Assembly (NCBI GenBank): GCA_964016885.1
Contig: OZ024742.1
Coordinates: forward strand, 349,990,001-350,054,000
DNA from: Eledone cirrhosa
Taxonomy: Eukaryota
Length of the DNA stretch: 64,000 nucleotides
Direction of reading: 5' to 3'
Positions 26,173-46,924 of the stretch are shown one piece after another. The notes beneath the pieces were generated by a model that saw nothing but the letters and a program-made list of their open reading frames with translations, was not told the DNA's origin and did not search any database. Each line of letters opens with the position of its first letter. Positions within the stretch are counted from its first letter, which is position 1. Position numbers and translations under genes: made by a program.

Positions 26173-26823
26173 GTAAGTGATTTTGAAAGATCACTCTTAA
26201 AACTTATTTTCTGGCTTAGTTGATTAAGATCTAAGAAAATAAGGCAATGATTTGTTAGCATTTGGTGAATAGTTTGTGCAATTTAAACACGAAGCTGATG
26301 GATCTATAGATTTTAAAAGCTCTAATGACATATATATTGAATATAAGTAAGATGATGGCATTGCTGTAGCTGTTGGATATTTGCATAGTTTGATACATTT
26401 GTGAAGAGATCTTCAATCCACCTATAAACTGGGTCCAGTCTTCTGTAAAACAAACTCAATAGACACTTAAACCTCACATATTTTGTCTTTTTTATATCTT
26501 CCTATTCAGTCATAAGTTTTTGGTACTTCATCTATAGCGTTAATTTTACGAACAGTTAAATATTCCTTTCTTGAGTAGAAATCTTGATAAGAACCATTCA
26601 CACTATAATGATTTCTATTCTATCATTAAGGAATTGTCTATCACTAAAGTTCAAAGTTTAGATTTACAAATTTGAGAACAGAACAAGATTTCTTTTAGTT
26701 TATCTGAAGGTTTTATTTATTTCTATCTTTGCTCGACATTTTCAATATTTAATTTTCGTTTTTTTCTTTTATTTGTTTTCTAATGGGTTGAAAGTTTTCA
26801 GCATATATCACCTACCGAGCATA

Positions 26824-27006
<183 letters not shown>

Positions 27007-27022
27007 CTATCTATCTATCTAT

Positions 27023-27550
<528 letters not shown>

Positions 27551-27708
27551 TAAATATACACGGGTGTGTATGATTGTGTATAGAAGATTATATTAATAAG
27601 AGGAATTCCAACTTTGTCTGATTTACTCGTTTTATTTACAATCCTTTAAAATTTATAATGGTATTATAATGAAATAGTATGATAGAATATTAAATTCTAA
27701 GTGTTAAT

Positions 27709-27747
27709 TGAACAAGTACTTTCATGCTTTCGCAATCTTCAGGTTCA
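27709..27747 (-). ncRNA. Minimal type I hammerhead ribozyme (left arm)
   Basis: Reverse complement of 27829-27867. Confidence 0.82.
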
Positions 27748-27828
27748 TAATATGTGGTGACAGTCAAGTTTGCAATTTTCAACTGTGAAACAGTTGAACA
27801 TTGCAAACTTGACTGTCACCACATATTA

Positions 27829-27867
27829 TGAACCTGAAGATTGCGAAAGCATGAAAGTACTTGTTCA
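27829..27867 (+). ncRNA. Minimal type I hammerhead ribozyme (right arm, 39 nt)
   Basis: TGAAC CTGAAGA T TGC GAAA GCA T GAAA GTAC TT|GTTCA, with GNRA-capped stem II and palindromic AAGTACTT. Confidence 0.85.
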
Positions 27868-27979
27868 ATTAACACTTAGAATTTAATATTCTATCATACT
27901 ATTTCATTATAATACCATTATAAATTTTAAAGGACTGTAAATAAAACGAGTAAATCAGACAAAGTTGGAATTCCTCTTA

Positions 27980-28121
<142 letters not shown>

Positions 28122-28239
28122 TATATAGATATTCAAATAAATTTAAGGTAAAAGACTAATTGTCAGCAATATCTTTTGCATTTGTATTTATATTCTATAT
28201 CCATATCTGCATTGTTCTGGCATTCTAACTCCAAACGTA

Positions 28240-28269
<30 letters not shown>

Positions 28270-28270
<1 letters not shown>

Positions 28271-29133
28271 TCCTCTACTGCTGCTATGCCTTGACCCTCT
28301 GACCACTTCTCCTCACACACAGACACACAGCTCTCTCCAACTGTCATTCTCCTCTACCCTCTTCTTGCCTTGACCCTCTGACCACTTCCTGTTGCGCGCG
28401 CACCGCACATCTCCCCTCTTCCGACCGACACAACCACGGATTACACACCATTGGCCATCGTCCCCACTATCAACTCCATCACATGGAAAATATCCGGCAT
28501 CTCACCACACCCTTTACGGACTTACCCACGGACATACACTCACAAACATTATTTTTCGAACCACGCCACCTACATCCACAATACGTATAAACACCACACA
28601 CACGTGCGTACCCCCACATATATACACACTCAGCCTCCGGAATCCGCCCCCCCCCCTACCCAATTCCACCGCCCCCCTCCCCATTCACACCCCACCCACA
28701 CACCTTTTCCTGAACATGGAACCTCGTTCTTCCCCCAACTCTCACATTCACATACACACACACACACACGTACACCTACACACATACACCACCTTCAGCC
28801 CTCCCCGCTCGGACACCCCGCCTCCCTCTCCCCACTCCACCCGCCACCACACCTACACGCCCCACACCCTTCCACCACTTGTTTATCTTCATGTTTATTT
28901 TAATTTGAATCTCTTTAATTTTTATTTGTACCCCTTCCACCGTTCCCCACTTTTTCTAAATGTCTCTCCCCCACTCCCCTACACACCCTCGGAACTCTCT
29001 TCCCACACACTTTTCGCCTGAAGAAGGGCTTATGCCTGAAATGTCGTTCCCCCACACTCTCAAGAGCGTGAAACTAATAAACCTTTGTTCGTACTGCCTC
29101 TCTGTTTTGTTCCTGTTCCATTTTTCAGTAAAC
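28270..29133 (+). mobile_element. Degenerate PLE 3' region, C-rich, ending in an HHR core
   Basis: CTGAAGA AGGGC TTAT GCCT GAAA TG TC at 29018-29045, then AATAAA. There are weak GIY-YIG C-terminal traces (LPVAR, ISGI) near 28385-28510. Confidence 0.55.
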
Positions 29134-29458
<325 letters not shown>

Positions 29459-29726
29459 ACACACACACACATATATATATATATATACACACACAAGTAT
29501 ATACATACGCTCTCATACACACAAACACACACAATTATGATTCATCACGCTAACATAGAAATATAAAAATAACGTTCTGGAAAAAATGTAGAAATAGCTA
29601 TGTAAATTATTTTATTTTTCCTTTAACAGTCCAGTAAAAAAAATGGTTTCTCATAACTAAAACAAATCCCATCTAAAACAAACAACAAACAACACATGTA
29701 AAAAAATAAACAATACTGATATTTAG

Positions 29727-29945
29727 GTGAACCAAAACAGGAGAGGTTTGTTATGTTCAGTTGAATAAGGTCACGTGAGCCAAAACAGGAGAGGTGTGTT
29801 GTGTTCAGTTGAATAAGGTCACGTGAGCCAAAACAGGAGAGGTTTGTTGTGTTCAGTTGAATAAGGTCACGTGTGTCAAAAGAGGAGATGTTCAGTTGAA
29901 TAAGATCACGTGAGTCAAATCAGGAGAGGTGTTTTGTCTTCAGTT
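29727..29945. repeat. 48-bp tandem repeat, about 4.5 units, each with TCACGTG
   Basis: GAGCCAAAACAGGAGAGGT(G/T)TGTTGTGTTCAGTTGAATAAGGTCACGT with period 48. Confidence 0.9.
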
Positions 29946-30119
29946 AAGATTAGAGAAATTGGAATTTCGAATTCTTATTGATAACCAAAAATAGGTAAAA
30001 AAGAGGTCTCCGATATGTGGTGCCACGGACATTGTGTATATCGAGTGTAAGGAAGAGCATTAGTTAATACATGTTAGCATCTTATGTAGTCAGTCATGTA
30101 TTCCTGTCACCATATATAT

Positions 30120-33911
<3,792 letters not shown>

Positions 33912-34412
33912 TTAGGAACAGTTTAGGTATGATACATTTTATTACTAATTATATCTAAATGTTTCTTCTCTCTTCATAATGTATTTTTAACTCTGATACT
34001 GGTTCAGTCTGGTTCAAACTGAATTGGTCTGTCCCAGTCATTCATTGAGCAACATCGGTGAAGTTGGCACCCTTAACTCACAGTTGGGTGCGGGTGCATT
34101 CATGTATATATGTGTGTGTCCGCATGTATCTGTGTGTTTCTAAATGTATTATTAACTCCCTCTGGTCGAGCAACCTTTGAAGTGTGGGGACAACTGGAAA
34201 GCTTCCATTACTCATACTTCTCGCCTTCTTCACTACCTCTTCTACGGCCTCGATATGAATACCCCCTCCGCCTCTGTGGTATTTTTTTCGTGGTTATAAG
34301 AGGCTTAGCTCTGTTTCTCGACCGTTATATCGCGTGACTATCTCCCCCTCCGCCTTTTGGGATTCTTTCTCACGTCGTGTAGACGCGTTCTTGAGACTAG
34401 TAAAATGAGGTA

Positions 34413-34500
34413 TCCTCTTGATAAGTCGGCAGACCTCGCAAGGACTCTATATCTTTGATATATTGTTTTTGTTTATGCCACGAAACTACGTAGTCGAGGA
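34413..34500 (+). ncRNA. Type I hammerhead ribozyme, U3-A8 core variant, copy 1
   Basis: TCCTC TTGATAA [GTCGGCA...TGCCAC] GAAA CTACGTAG TC|GAGGA, with predicted cleavage after 34495. Confidence 0.8.
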
Positions 34501-35003
34501 ATTTAGGAACAGTTTAGGTATGATACATTTTATTACTAATTATATCTAAATGTTTCTTCTCTCTTCATAATGTATTTTTAACTCTGATACTGGTTCAGTC
34601 TGGTTCAAACTGAATTGGTCTGTCCCAGTCATTCATTGAGCAACATCGGTGAAGTTGGCACCCTTAACTCACAGTTGGGTGCGGGTGCATTCATGTATAT
34701 ATGTGTGTGTCCGCATGTATCTGTGTGTTTCTAAATGTATTATTAACTCCCTCTGGTCGAGCAACCTTTGAAGTGTGGGGACAACTGGAAAGCTTCCATT
34801 ACTCATACTTCTCGCCTTCTTCACTACCTCTTCTACGGCCTCGATATGAATACCCCCTCCGCCTCTGTGGTATTTTTTTCGTGGTTATAAGAGGCTTAGC
34901 TCTGTTTCTCGACCGTTATATCGCGTGACTATCTCCCCCTCCGCCTTTTGGGATTCTTTCTCACGTCGTGTAGACGCGTTCTTGAGACTAGTAAAATGAG
35001 GTA

Positions 35004-35091
35004 TCCTCTTGATAAGTCGGCAGACCTCGCAAGGACTCTATATCTTTGATATATTGTTTTTGTTTATGCCACGAAACTACGTAGTCGAGGA
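35004..35091 (+). ncRNA. Type I hammerhead ribozyme, U3-A8 core variant, copy 2
   Basis: Same sequence as copy 1, offset by 591. Confidence 0.8.
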
Positions 35092-35594
35092 ATTTAGGAA
35101 CAGTTTAGGTATGATACATTTTATTACTAATTATATCTAAATGTTTCTTCTCTCTTCATAATGTATTTTTAACTCTGATACTGGTTCAGTCTGGTTCAAA
35201 CTGAATTGGTCTGTCCCAGTCATTCATTGAGCAACATCGGTGAAGTTGGCACCCTTAACTCACAGTTGGGTGCGGGTGCATTCATGTATATATGTGTGTG
35301 TCCGCATGTATCTGTGTGTTTCTAAATGTATTATTAACTCCCTCTGGTCGAGCAACCTTTGAAGTGTGGGGACAACTGGAAAGCTTCCATTACTCATACT
35401 TCTCGCCTTCTTCACTACCTCTTCTACGGCCTCGATATGAATACCCCCTCCGCCTCTGTGGTATTTTTTTCGTGGTTATAAGAGGCTTAGCTCTGTTTCT
35501 CGACCGTTATATCGCGTGACTATCTCCCCCTCCGCCTTTTGGGATTCTTTCTCACGTCGTGTAGACGCGTTCTTGAGACTAGTAAAATGAGGTA

Positions 35595-35682
35595 TCCTCT
35601 TGATAAGTCGGCAGACCTCGCAAGGACTCTATATCTTTGATATATTGTTTTTGTTTATGCCACGAAACTACGTAGTCGAGGA
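35595..35682 (+). ncRNA. Type I hammerhead ribozyme, U3-A8 core variant, copy 3
   Basis: Same sequence as copy 1, offset by 1182. Confidence 0.8.
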
Positions 35683-35938
35683 ATTTAGGAACAGTTTAGG
35701 TATGATACATTTTATTACTAATTATATCTAAATGTTTCTTCTCTCTTCATAATGTATTTTTAACTCTGATACTGGTTCAGTCTGGTTCAAACTGAATTGG
35801 TCTGTCCCAGTCATTCATTGAGCAACATCGGTGAAGTTGGCACCCTTAACTCACAGTTGGGTGCGGGTGCATTCATGTATATATGTGTGTGTCCGCATGT
35901 ATCTGTGTGTTTCTAAATGTATTATATATATATATATG

Positions 35939-36014
<76 letters not shown>

Positions 36015-36101
36015 CATATATATATATACATATATATATATATACATATATATATATACATATATATATATACATATATATATATACATATATATATATA
36101 C

Positions 36102-36176
<75 letters not shown>

Positions 36177-36210
36177 TATATACATATATATATATACATA
36201 TATATACATA

Positions 36211-36292
<82 letters not shown>

Positions 36293-36422
36293 AGAGATAT
36301 TTAATTTGTTGGAAATCCAACAAATATAGATGTTTACAACTGATTCAAAGCACTCGACAGTTTCTGGAGTAAGTATTCAATTGATATTAAATAATGGAAA
36401 CTATATTTATAAAACCATCTTT

Positions 36423-36482
36423 ATTCTATTATATATATTTCAAGGGTACCAAAAATTTTGGTACGCTATCATCAGATAAAAT
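36423..36482 (-). ncRNA. Type I hammerhead ribozyme
   Basis: ATTTTAT CTGATGA TAGC GTACCAAAA T TTTTGGTAC CCTT GAAA TATATA TA|ATAGAAT. Confidence 0.75.
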
Positions 36483-37056
36483 ACAAAATGTTTTATAAAT
36501 ATTTGACATGACCAAGGATAATATACCTTAACGGTTCAAGTTATCCCTGGATAACTTATTCAAGTTATTCCAGGGATAATTTTAATATTTATTTTTGATT
36601 TCTAATTTTTAATTTTAATCTAATTTTTCAACCTATCATTATAAATATTATAATCACAACGTTATGAACCCTACATTATAAATACTATTCTTCCACGTTA
36701 ATCTTATTTCTTCTTTCACTTCTTTCACTTAGATATATTTACGCTGTGTATATTTCTCCATTGATACTTATTTCTTCATTCACTCTATCTTCACTATCAC
36801 TATGTATAATCGTTCTTTATTTCCCCTTCTCTCTTTCTCCTTTCTTTTTCTCTCTCTCCCTTACATATCATCTTCTTCCAACAGTTTAATTTAAATAAAC
36901 CGTTATCTTTTCAACCTTTCGGACACTCATTTGCATACTCACTCATAACTTTATATCACCCTCAATAAAATATTATCTCCACTATCCAGGAAGCTCCAAC
37001 CGTTAAGGTTGTCTTTTTCCCGGGTATGTCAATATTTATTTATAAAACAAATCTGT

Positions 37057-37120
37057 ATTTTATCTGATGAAAGCGCACCATAATTTGCCTTGGTTGCCCT
37101 TGAAATATGTATAATAAAAT
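37057..37120 (+). ncRNA. Type I hammerhead ribozyme
   Basis: ATTTTAT CTGATGA AAGCGCACCA..TGGTTGCCCTT GAAA TATGTA TA|ATAAAAT, with a 7-bp stem I. Confidence 0.78.
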
Positions 37121-37159
37121 AAATATGGTTTTATAAATATAGTTTCCATTTATTAATAT

Positions 37160-37190
<31 letters not shown>

Positions 37191-37198
37191 TTTTTTAT

Positions 37199-37340
37199 AT
37201 ATAGAATCTCTTGTACAAAATCGCAGAAGGGTAGATTATTATAGAAGTATCTCTCCCTGGGGACAAACATATTTGTCCCCAGGGAGAGATGCTTCTACAG
37301 TAATCTACCCTTCTGTGACCTTGTATAAGATGATCTATAT
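37199..37340. repeat. Fold-back palindrome, arms about 68 bp
   Basis: ..CTCTCCCTGGGGACAAA CATA TTTGTCCCCAGGGAGAG.. extends outward with mostly transition mismatches. Confidence 0.85.
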
Positions 37341-37422
37341 GTAGTTGCTTCTCTGAATGAGGTTTTTTTTAGCGATCTCTTTCCGTTGAGATGTTATGTA
37401 TGTTCTGACAATTTTACCTATG

Positions 37423-37486
<64 letters not shown>

Positions 37487-37596
37487 TATATAAATATATA
37501 AAATTATTGTGTATTTTGTAAATACCTAATTACCTGCCTCCATGTCCTCATTTTCTTATATAGGATCTCGTAATGGATATATACATACAAATATAC

Positions 37597-37644
<48 letters not shown>

Positions 37645-37903
37645 ACATACACAAATATATATACATATATATATATACACTTATACTTTTATAGACATAT
37701 ATATAACTTTGATAACTTTGATAGGTTTCGGCCAGTATTGGCCCAGACCACGTCTAACTTAATAGTACCACCTGGCGAAGTCTTACAAATCAGTGTTTGG
37801 GCACCATGACCCACTAGAGAAGAGAGTTATTGTTTACGGAGGCATACATATATAAATATATATATATATATATATAGTACCGATTGTGTTATTTCTGTTT
37901 ACC

Positions 37904-37996
<93 letters not shown>

Positions 37997-38202
37997 TGTA
38001 AGCATGCGTAGGTACTACATTCTGGATTCTGTTTGTATTTGTTTTAGACATTGTTTCTCGTTTGAGCAATTTGTACCTCTATTGTAATCATAAATATTAC
38101 CCAATTCCTCCGTGTTTAGATGAACATGTACACACGTAGTCGCACGTACACACGATCACACATACATATACCTGCATAAGTACGTACATAAATATATATA
38201 TA

Positions 38203-38409
38203 TAGGAAAAAGTTCTAGACCCCGACGGCAGAGGTGAAGCCGTTTCGACGGCTATTCGTGGTCCAGAAATAGTCCAGAAATAGCTGTCGAAACGGCTTGA
38301 GCTCTGCCGTCGGGATCTTGAACTTTTTCCTATTACACACTCTACTACCCTAAGTATTGAGTACTCTGGTGCGTTATGGTTCATCTGATTCCTTACCACA
38401 CTTCCTTCG

Positions 38410-38413
<4 letters not shown>
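38203..38413. mobile_element. Family A asymmetric fold-back (short version)
   Basis: Arms about 38203-38256 and 38279-38332. The tail 38333-38413 is the reverse complement of 20950-21030. Confidence 0.8.
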
Positions 38414-38457
<44 letters not shown>

Positions 38458-38952
38458 ATGTGTGGAAATACACATACATCTCTTTCATATATATATATAT
38501 CTCATATATTTTATATATACTCCTACACAAGGTGAGTCATAAGTAACCTGGCAGTCCACCATTTATATTCCAACAGATATTTACAAAACTTTTCGTCTTA
38601 TAGAACGGAAGTGTATATAAATGAGACAAAATTAGTTGAAAAATATATAATTAAAGTGTTTGAAAAGTGAACTCGCTCCTCAATACATTTTGAAGCTGAC
38701 GTTCAAAACGACATCTATGAACCTTCCAATAATAATGCATAGTCTGACTCAGCCTGTATATATATATTACGTTCGTATGTATATATATATGATAGAGAGG
38801 CGGGACTTGACGGCTGAGCTCTTGCCGTGTCAACAGCTGATTCCAGACTGTTTCATATATTGATATGTTTTAGTGTATGTGAATATTTTAGCTTATTCAT
38901 TAAATATTTCTTTAGATAGACATACGCAAAAGATGACCCAAATAAACGCGGT

Positions 38953-39032
<80 letters not shown>

Positions 39033-39279
39033 AATATACATGCTTATATATATATATAAAAATATACATATTTATATGTATGTTTATATATATACATATA
39101 TATATAAACAAGCAAATTATAAACATAAACATGTAAGTATGTTTTTGAAACGGTGCGCGAGTTTGAAATTAGAAATTAGAAATTATAAGCTTTCACCGTA
39201 TTTTAGACTAAAGAAATTTCTAGCCTGATAGTGGGGTTTATAACTCTCGGAGAAATGGAAAAAGATGAGTGTTGCCGTA

Positions 39280-40528
<1,249 letters not shown>

Positions 40529-40529
<1 letters not shown>

Positions 40530-40860
40530 GGTCATATGTGGAGCGTGGAGAACAATAGCACGCAAAGACAAAACCACGTAAATGGTATAGCAGTTAGTCT
40601 ACGACTTCTGCTATACCATTTACGTGGTTTTGTGTTTGCGTGCTATTGTTCTCCACGCCCCACATATGACTTATTATCTTCGTTTTTTCGTTCATTGCCA
40701 GAGAACGTCTCTATGCACCACCTTAAAGAACATTAGTCTACGACCTCTTTTATAGCATAAACGTGGTTCTGTCTTTGGGCGTAATTGTTTTTCACCGCTC
40801 CTATTAATGACGTATTATTCGTTTTTTCCCGTTCTTTGCCAGCGAACGTTTCCACGAAGC
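40529..40860. repeat. Fold-back (40531-40670) plus a diverged tandem duplication of about 150 bp
   Basis: GTCATATGTGG..GGTATAGCAG / CTGCTATACC..CCACATATGAC. TTAGTCTACGAC recurs at about 40594 and 40733 with homologous downstream sequence. Confidence 0.8.
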
Positions 40861-41065
40861 AAAGTATCGTCTTCCTGTCTTCCTCCGGTTGCAACGTTTT
40901 TTGAAATATCCAGTTCTGCGTTGACTTTATTAGTTTCAGAAGATCCCGTTAAGGGTGAAAGCAGCGATTCTTTGCTTAAACTTTAATCTGTTATTTTAAT
41001 AAATATATATGTATATATATATATATATACATATGTATATATATAAATATATGTATATATATATA

Positions 41066-41742
<677 letters not shown>

Positions 41743-41921
41743 GTCAGTTCTTGATTTACCAGCTCCTGCTGCAAAAGAAGGATGATCTTTCTTATAATTA
41801 AAACATAGAAAATAAAATAACATTAATGAAAAAATAAATATTATTATGTTTTAACAATTTTCATTTCAAGCCATAACTCTAAACAATAAGTATGTACAAA
41901 CATATGGAAATATAACATATG

Positions 41922-41978
<57 letters not shown>

Positions 41979-42010
41979 TGTATGTGCTTACATATATGTA
42001 TGTATATATA

Positions 42011-42094
<84 letters not shown>

Positions 42095-42568
42095 TAAATA
42101 ACGAAAATAAAACCAGTGATCTGATTTGAAATATAACACGCACTTTGATAATATTGTCAAATAATCAAATCCGCTTTCAAACTACATCATACTTTTACTT
42201 TCACTATTCACACACACACACGCACACACCCATATATTGTCTCACACACATATAATCACTCACATACTAACACAAACAAACATAAACACACCCAGGCCGA
42301 CACCTCAGCAATGAGACAGCATTTGACACATATACACAACTGCATGCTTGTAAAATCACCCAGAACTGTTTTTGTTTTCTTTTATTCGCTGAAACACACG
42401 CTTTCCATTGTTGTAGTATTTTCCTGTGAGTCGGAGGTACTTTTGTTCTCTATGTATAGATTCCTGCGCGGATCAATCATGTCTCCTATGATTGAACTGA
42501 AATGGAATGTACTAGATCCAGTTTCTTCGAAGCGCTGTAATTAAATACCAGCTGTAGTACATACATGC

Positions 42569-42615
<47 letters not shown>

Positions 42616-42623
42616 TATATATA

Positions 42624-42710
<87 letters not shown>

Positions 42711-42849
42711 TGTATATATATATTTGTATATATATATTGTATATATATATTTGTATATATATATTTATATTTACATATATTTATTTGTATATATATATAT
42801 ATGCATGTGTGTGTACATATATATGTGTATATATGTATGTCTGTGGGTG

Positions 42850-42925
<76 letters not shown>

Positions 42926-42958
42926 TAGACATACATGTAAATATACATCCATATATAT

Positions 42959-42994
<36 letters not shown>

Positions 42995-43193
42995 TTCTTT
43001 ACATACGTGGCTCATATATACATATATATGTATTTTGTGTTCAATTATTACTTTATCTCACTTTTTTTTCGTGGATAAAAAAGAATGAATAACAACCCAC
43101 TCACACACAAACATGTATAAACACATACATACACGTATATATGCGTATGTAGGTACGTAAAGACGTAATTATACACATATATATGTATGTCCG

Positions 43194-43237
<44 letters not shown>

Positions 43238-43249
43238 TATGTATGTCCG

Positions 43250-43362
<113 letters not shown>

Positions 43363-43508
43363 GTGTGTATGTATATATATACGACTAACTTGCATAAATA
43401 AACATTACAAAACAAAACTTTAACGACAAATATGAACTGATATGGAAAGAATTTGGTCAATTTTTAACTCGTCTTTCTTTCTCTTTCGTGACACACACAT
43501 ATATATAT

Positions 43509-43633
<125 letters not shown>

Positions 43634-43710
43634 CGTGTATATATATATACACGTATATATATATATATATATATATATATACGTGTGTCTGTGTGTATAT
43701 ATATATATAC

Positions 43711-43757
<47 letters not shown>

Positions 43758-44458
43758 CATATATATATATATGTGTATATATATATATGTATTTGTATGT
43801 ATATATGTATATATATATATCTGTATTTGTATATACGTGTTTGTGGAGATGGCATCCCATGATTTTCTTCCTGCTACCCAGTAATCCCGTTTCATCGGCT
43901 GATTTGGAAAGATCAATAATATTAATATTCAATACTGATAGTTTGACACCTGGCACTTCATTCCTGAACAGTTGTATCCATGTGACGGGTGGTGTTGGGG
44001 CGGCGGGGCGGAGGTATTCGTTTAGTTATAGAAACCATTTTTTATAGTATATTTTCTTCCTGATTTTTTAATAAATTGTTTATAGTTTTTTTGCCGAGAA
44101 CCAAGAAGGGCGAGAAAGAAGCATTTCAGTACCGAACAGATGGTCTATGTTGAGGTCCTTATAGACTTTAGTTTCGCATTGTTTATGAGGTCTTTAGTTT
44201 TGATGTTTTTGTGGGTATTTTATTTTAGATATGAAAGGTTAAATGATTGTTATTTTAACCGTCGTTCATTGTGTTATTATAGTATTTTACTGAATGCTCA
44301 TAGAAATTAGGAACGTTACCGTTGCTTGAGAAGTTAAACCGCTGGTCACATATCTGCGATGTGTTAATATTATTAAAAATATATTTAATAATATTTATAG
44401 TAATAATTGTTCCATAATAATAATAATAATAGTAATAATAATGATAATAATTGTAATA

Positions 44459-44643
44459 ATTGTTTCTTCTTTTGGCACAAGGCCCGCAATTACCCAGTGC
44501 ATTACTGGTACTTTATTTTATCGACCCCGTAGGGATGAAAGGCAAAGTTAACCTCGGCGGGATTTGAACTCAGAATGGCAAGGGTCATAACTCTCTGCGT
44601 CAAAGCTTGATGTCCGACCCTCTACCGATACTGCCAATCCACC
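44459..44643 (-). mobile_element. tRNA-derived SINE
   Basis: Matches 23278-23468 and has a (TAA)n-like tail. Confidence 0.9.
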
Positions 44644-45000
44644 AATAATATTAATATTATTATTACTATTATAATTATTATTATTTTTACTATTCCTATA
44701 TGTTTTCATTTCTTTTGCATGTCTTGTTTGTTTCAATGATTATAGGTTTGAATAAAATAAGTCTTTCAAGTTTTCAGAAAATCAAATTTATCGTATAATG
44801 AGAAATGGAGCCTAACGTAACGCTGTGTGACATGTAGTCAGTGAATTCCCGATGTCAGGGGGATAATGGCTGATAGCATTCATAACATAATATCATATTA
44901 TTAGTGAAGAAAAAAACACACATAAAAAACAACTGATTCAGTAAACTTTACACTGAATTAGGATTCTTATAGAAGAAACTCGTTGTCATTTTAATCTTAC

Positions 45001-45065
<65 letters not shown>

Positions 45066-45084
45066 TATATAGATATACATATAA

Positions 45085-45155
<71 letters not shown>

Positions 45156-45239
45156 TATAATATAAATATAATATATATAATATATAACAGATATACATGT
45201 ATGTATGTATGTATACTTTATATATATAACATATATATG

Positions 45240-45270
<31 letters not shown>

Positions 45271-45378
45271 TATAATATATATAACATACATATATATATC
45301 ATATATATAACATATAATATATATATGACATATATATGCATATACATTTATATAATATATAACATATATATGCGTGTG

Positions 45379-45457
<79 letters not shown>

Positions 45458-45911
45458 ACATATATACATATATGTATATATATATAATATATATATATAT
45501 ATACCATATATATATATATATGTATATATAATATATGTATAATATATATAATATGTATAGCATATATATGTATATATATAATATATATAATATATATGAT
45601 ATATATTATATACATAATATATATAATATATAAATAATATATATGAAATATATATATATATATATAATATATATTACATAAATATATATAATATATATAA
45701 CATATATATAATATATATGTACACACACACACATATATATATATACAATATTTATATACACACACACATATATATATATATATATTATATATATATATAC
45801 AATATATATAACATATATATATAATATATATATATATACACACACACATATATATATATACAATATATATAACATATATATATATATACACACACATATA
45901 TATATATATAT

Positions 45912-45984
<73 letters not shown>

Positions 45985-46098
45985 TATACAATATATATAA
46001 CATATATATATATATAATATATAATAATATACATACAATCTATATATATACACAAACATATATCTATATATATATAGACATACGATTATTATTATATA

Positions 46099-46156
<58 letters not shown>

Positions 46157-46270
46157 TATATATATATATATGCAATATATATATATATGCATATCATTAT
46201 GAATATGATTTATATATATATATATACATATATGTATATATATGCTTTTACATGTGTTTCTATATATATG
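45001..46270. repeat. Degenerate (TA)n/(CA)n low-complexity tract
   Basis: Read directly from the sequence. Confidence 0.9.
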
Positions 46271-46924
46271 TCATGTGTGTTTTATATATTTCGTTCCTTA
46301 ACTGTCAGTACAAGTAAGCGTTAACATTCTGGTCGTATCGAAGAAGAAGTCAGTGACATCTTCTTATCGAATCAACTTATCTTTGACTGGATTCAGATCA
46401 ACTCAGTCAAAGTCTCTAATGACTTAAGACTTGATTAACGGCTCAAGCGGACTTGCAAAATCGTATATCAAACCATCCGCCAGGTCCTCCTGCTTGTGGA
46501 ATTCCCCCTGCAAGTAAAGCAGTCTGGCTGAAATCTGATCTTCAGATCAAATCTGATAATAATCATCAAAAAGGCCACCATATTTGCTCACGCACTCTTG
46601 TCCGATGCTACAGATATTCTGTTGAATATATTACTAAGTAAAATAGCAGAAGGAAGCAAGGCAGCTGTGGCGTGAACTGTGAGTTAGATATTTGTCCGTT
46701 GGTCGTTTGTGTTGGTTCTATTCCTACAAAATAGTAAAAATAAAAGACATTAGACATTTACAAAAAAAAATCAGAAAATATTTTAAGATTTCATTTCATG
46801 AAACAGTGACTCGTTTTCGTAATAATAGCAACATTCATTAAAATTTTGATATTAAATGGTAGAGTATATACGTCTGTCATTATAGCAACAAAGATGAAGA
46901 TTAATATGAAAAGGATAATAATAA

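Larger units (their letters stand above)
36293..37160. mobile_element. PLE-derived inverted repeat with diverged HHR-bearing arms and a spacer of about 460 bp
   Basis: About 36385-36535 is inverted relative to about 36998-37160, with HHRs at 36423-36482 (-) and 37057-37120 (+). Confidence 0.75.

Noticed and set aside
26230-26500. Possible APE endonuclease remnant (DLLAFGE, DGIAVAV)
   Set aside because: Too degenerate to support without a profile search.
28392-29021. 209-aa Pro/His/Thr-rich ORF as a host gene
   Set aside because: It is a compositional artefact of a C/A-rich retroelement 3' region.
34110-34337. 75-aa ORF repeated in each 591-bp unit
   Set aside because: It is short, starts in a TG-rich tract and has no recognisable motif. 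Its recurrence only reflects the tandem repeat.
43980-44370. Possible decayed PLE thumb-domain fragment on the minus strand
   Set aside because: Only vague similarity (YYNNT, FFLAL) across stops.
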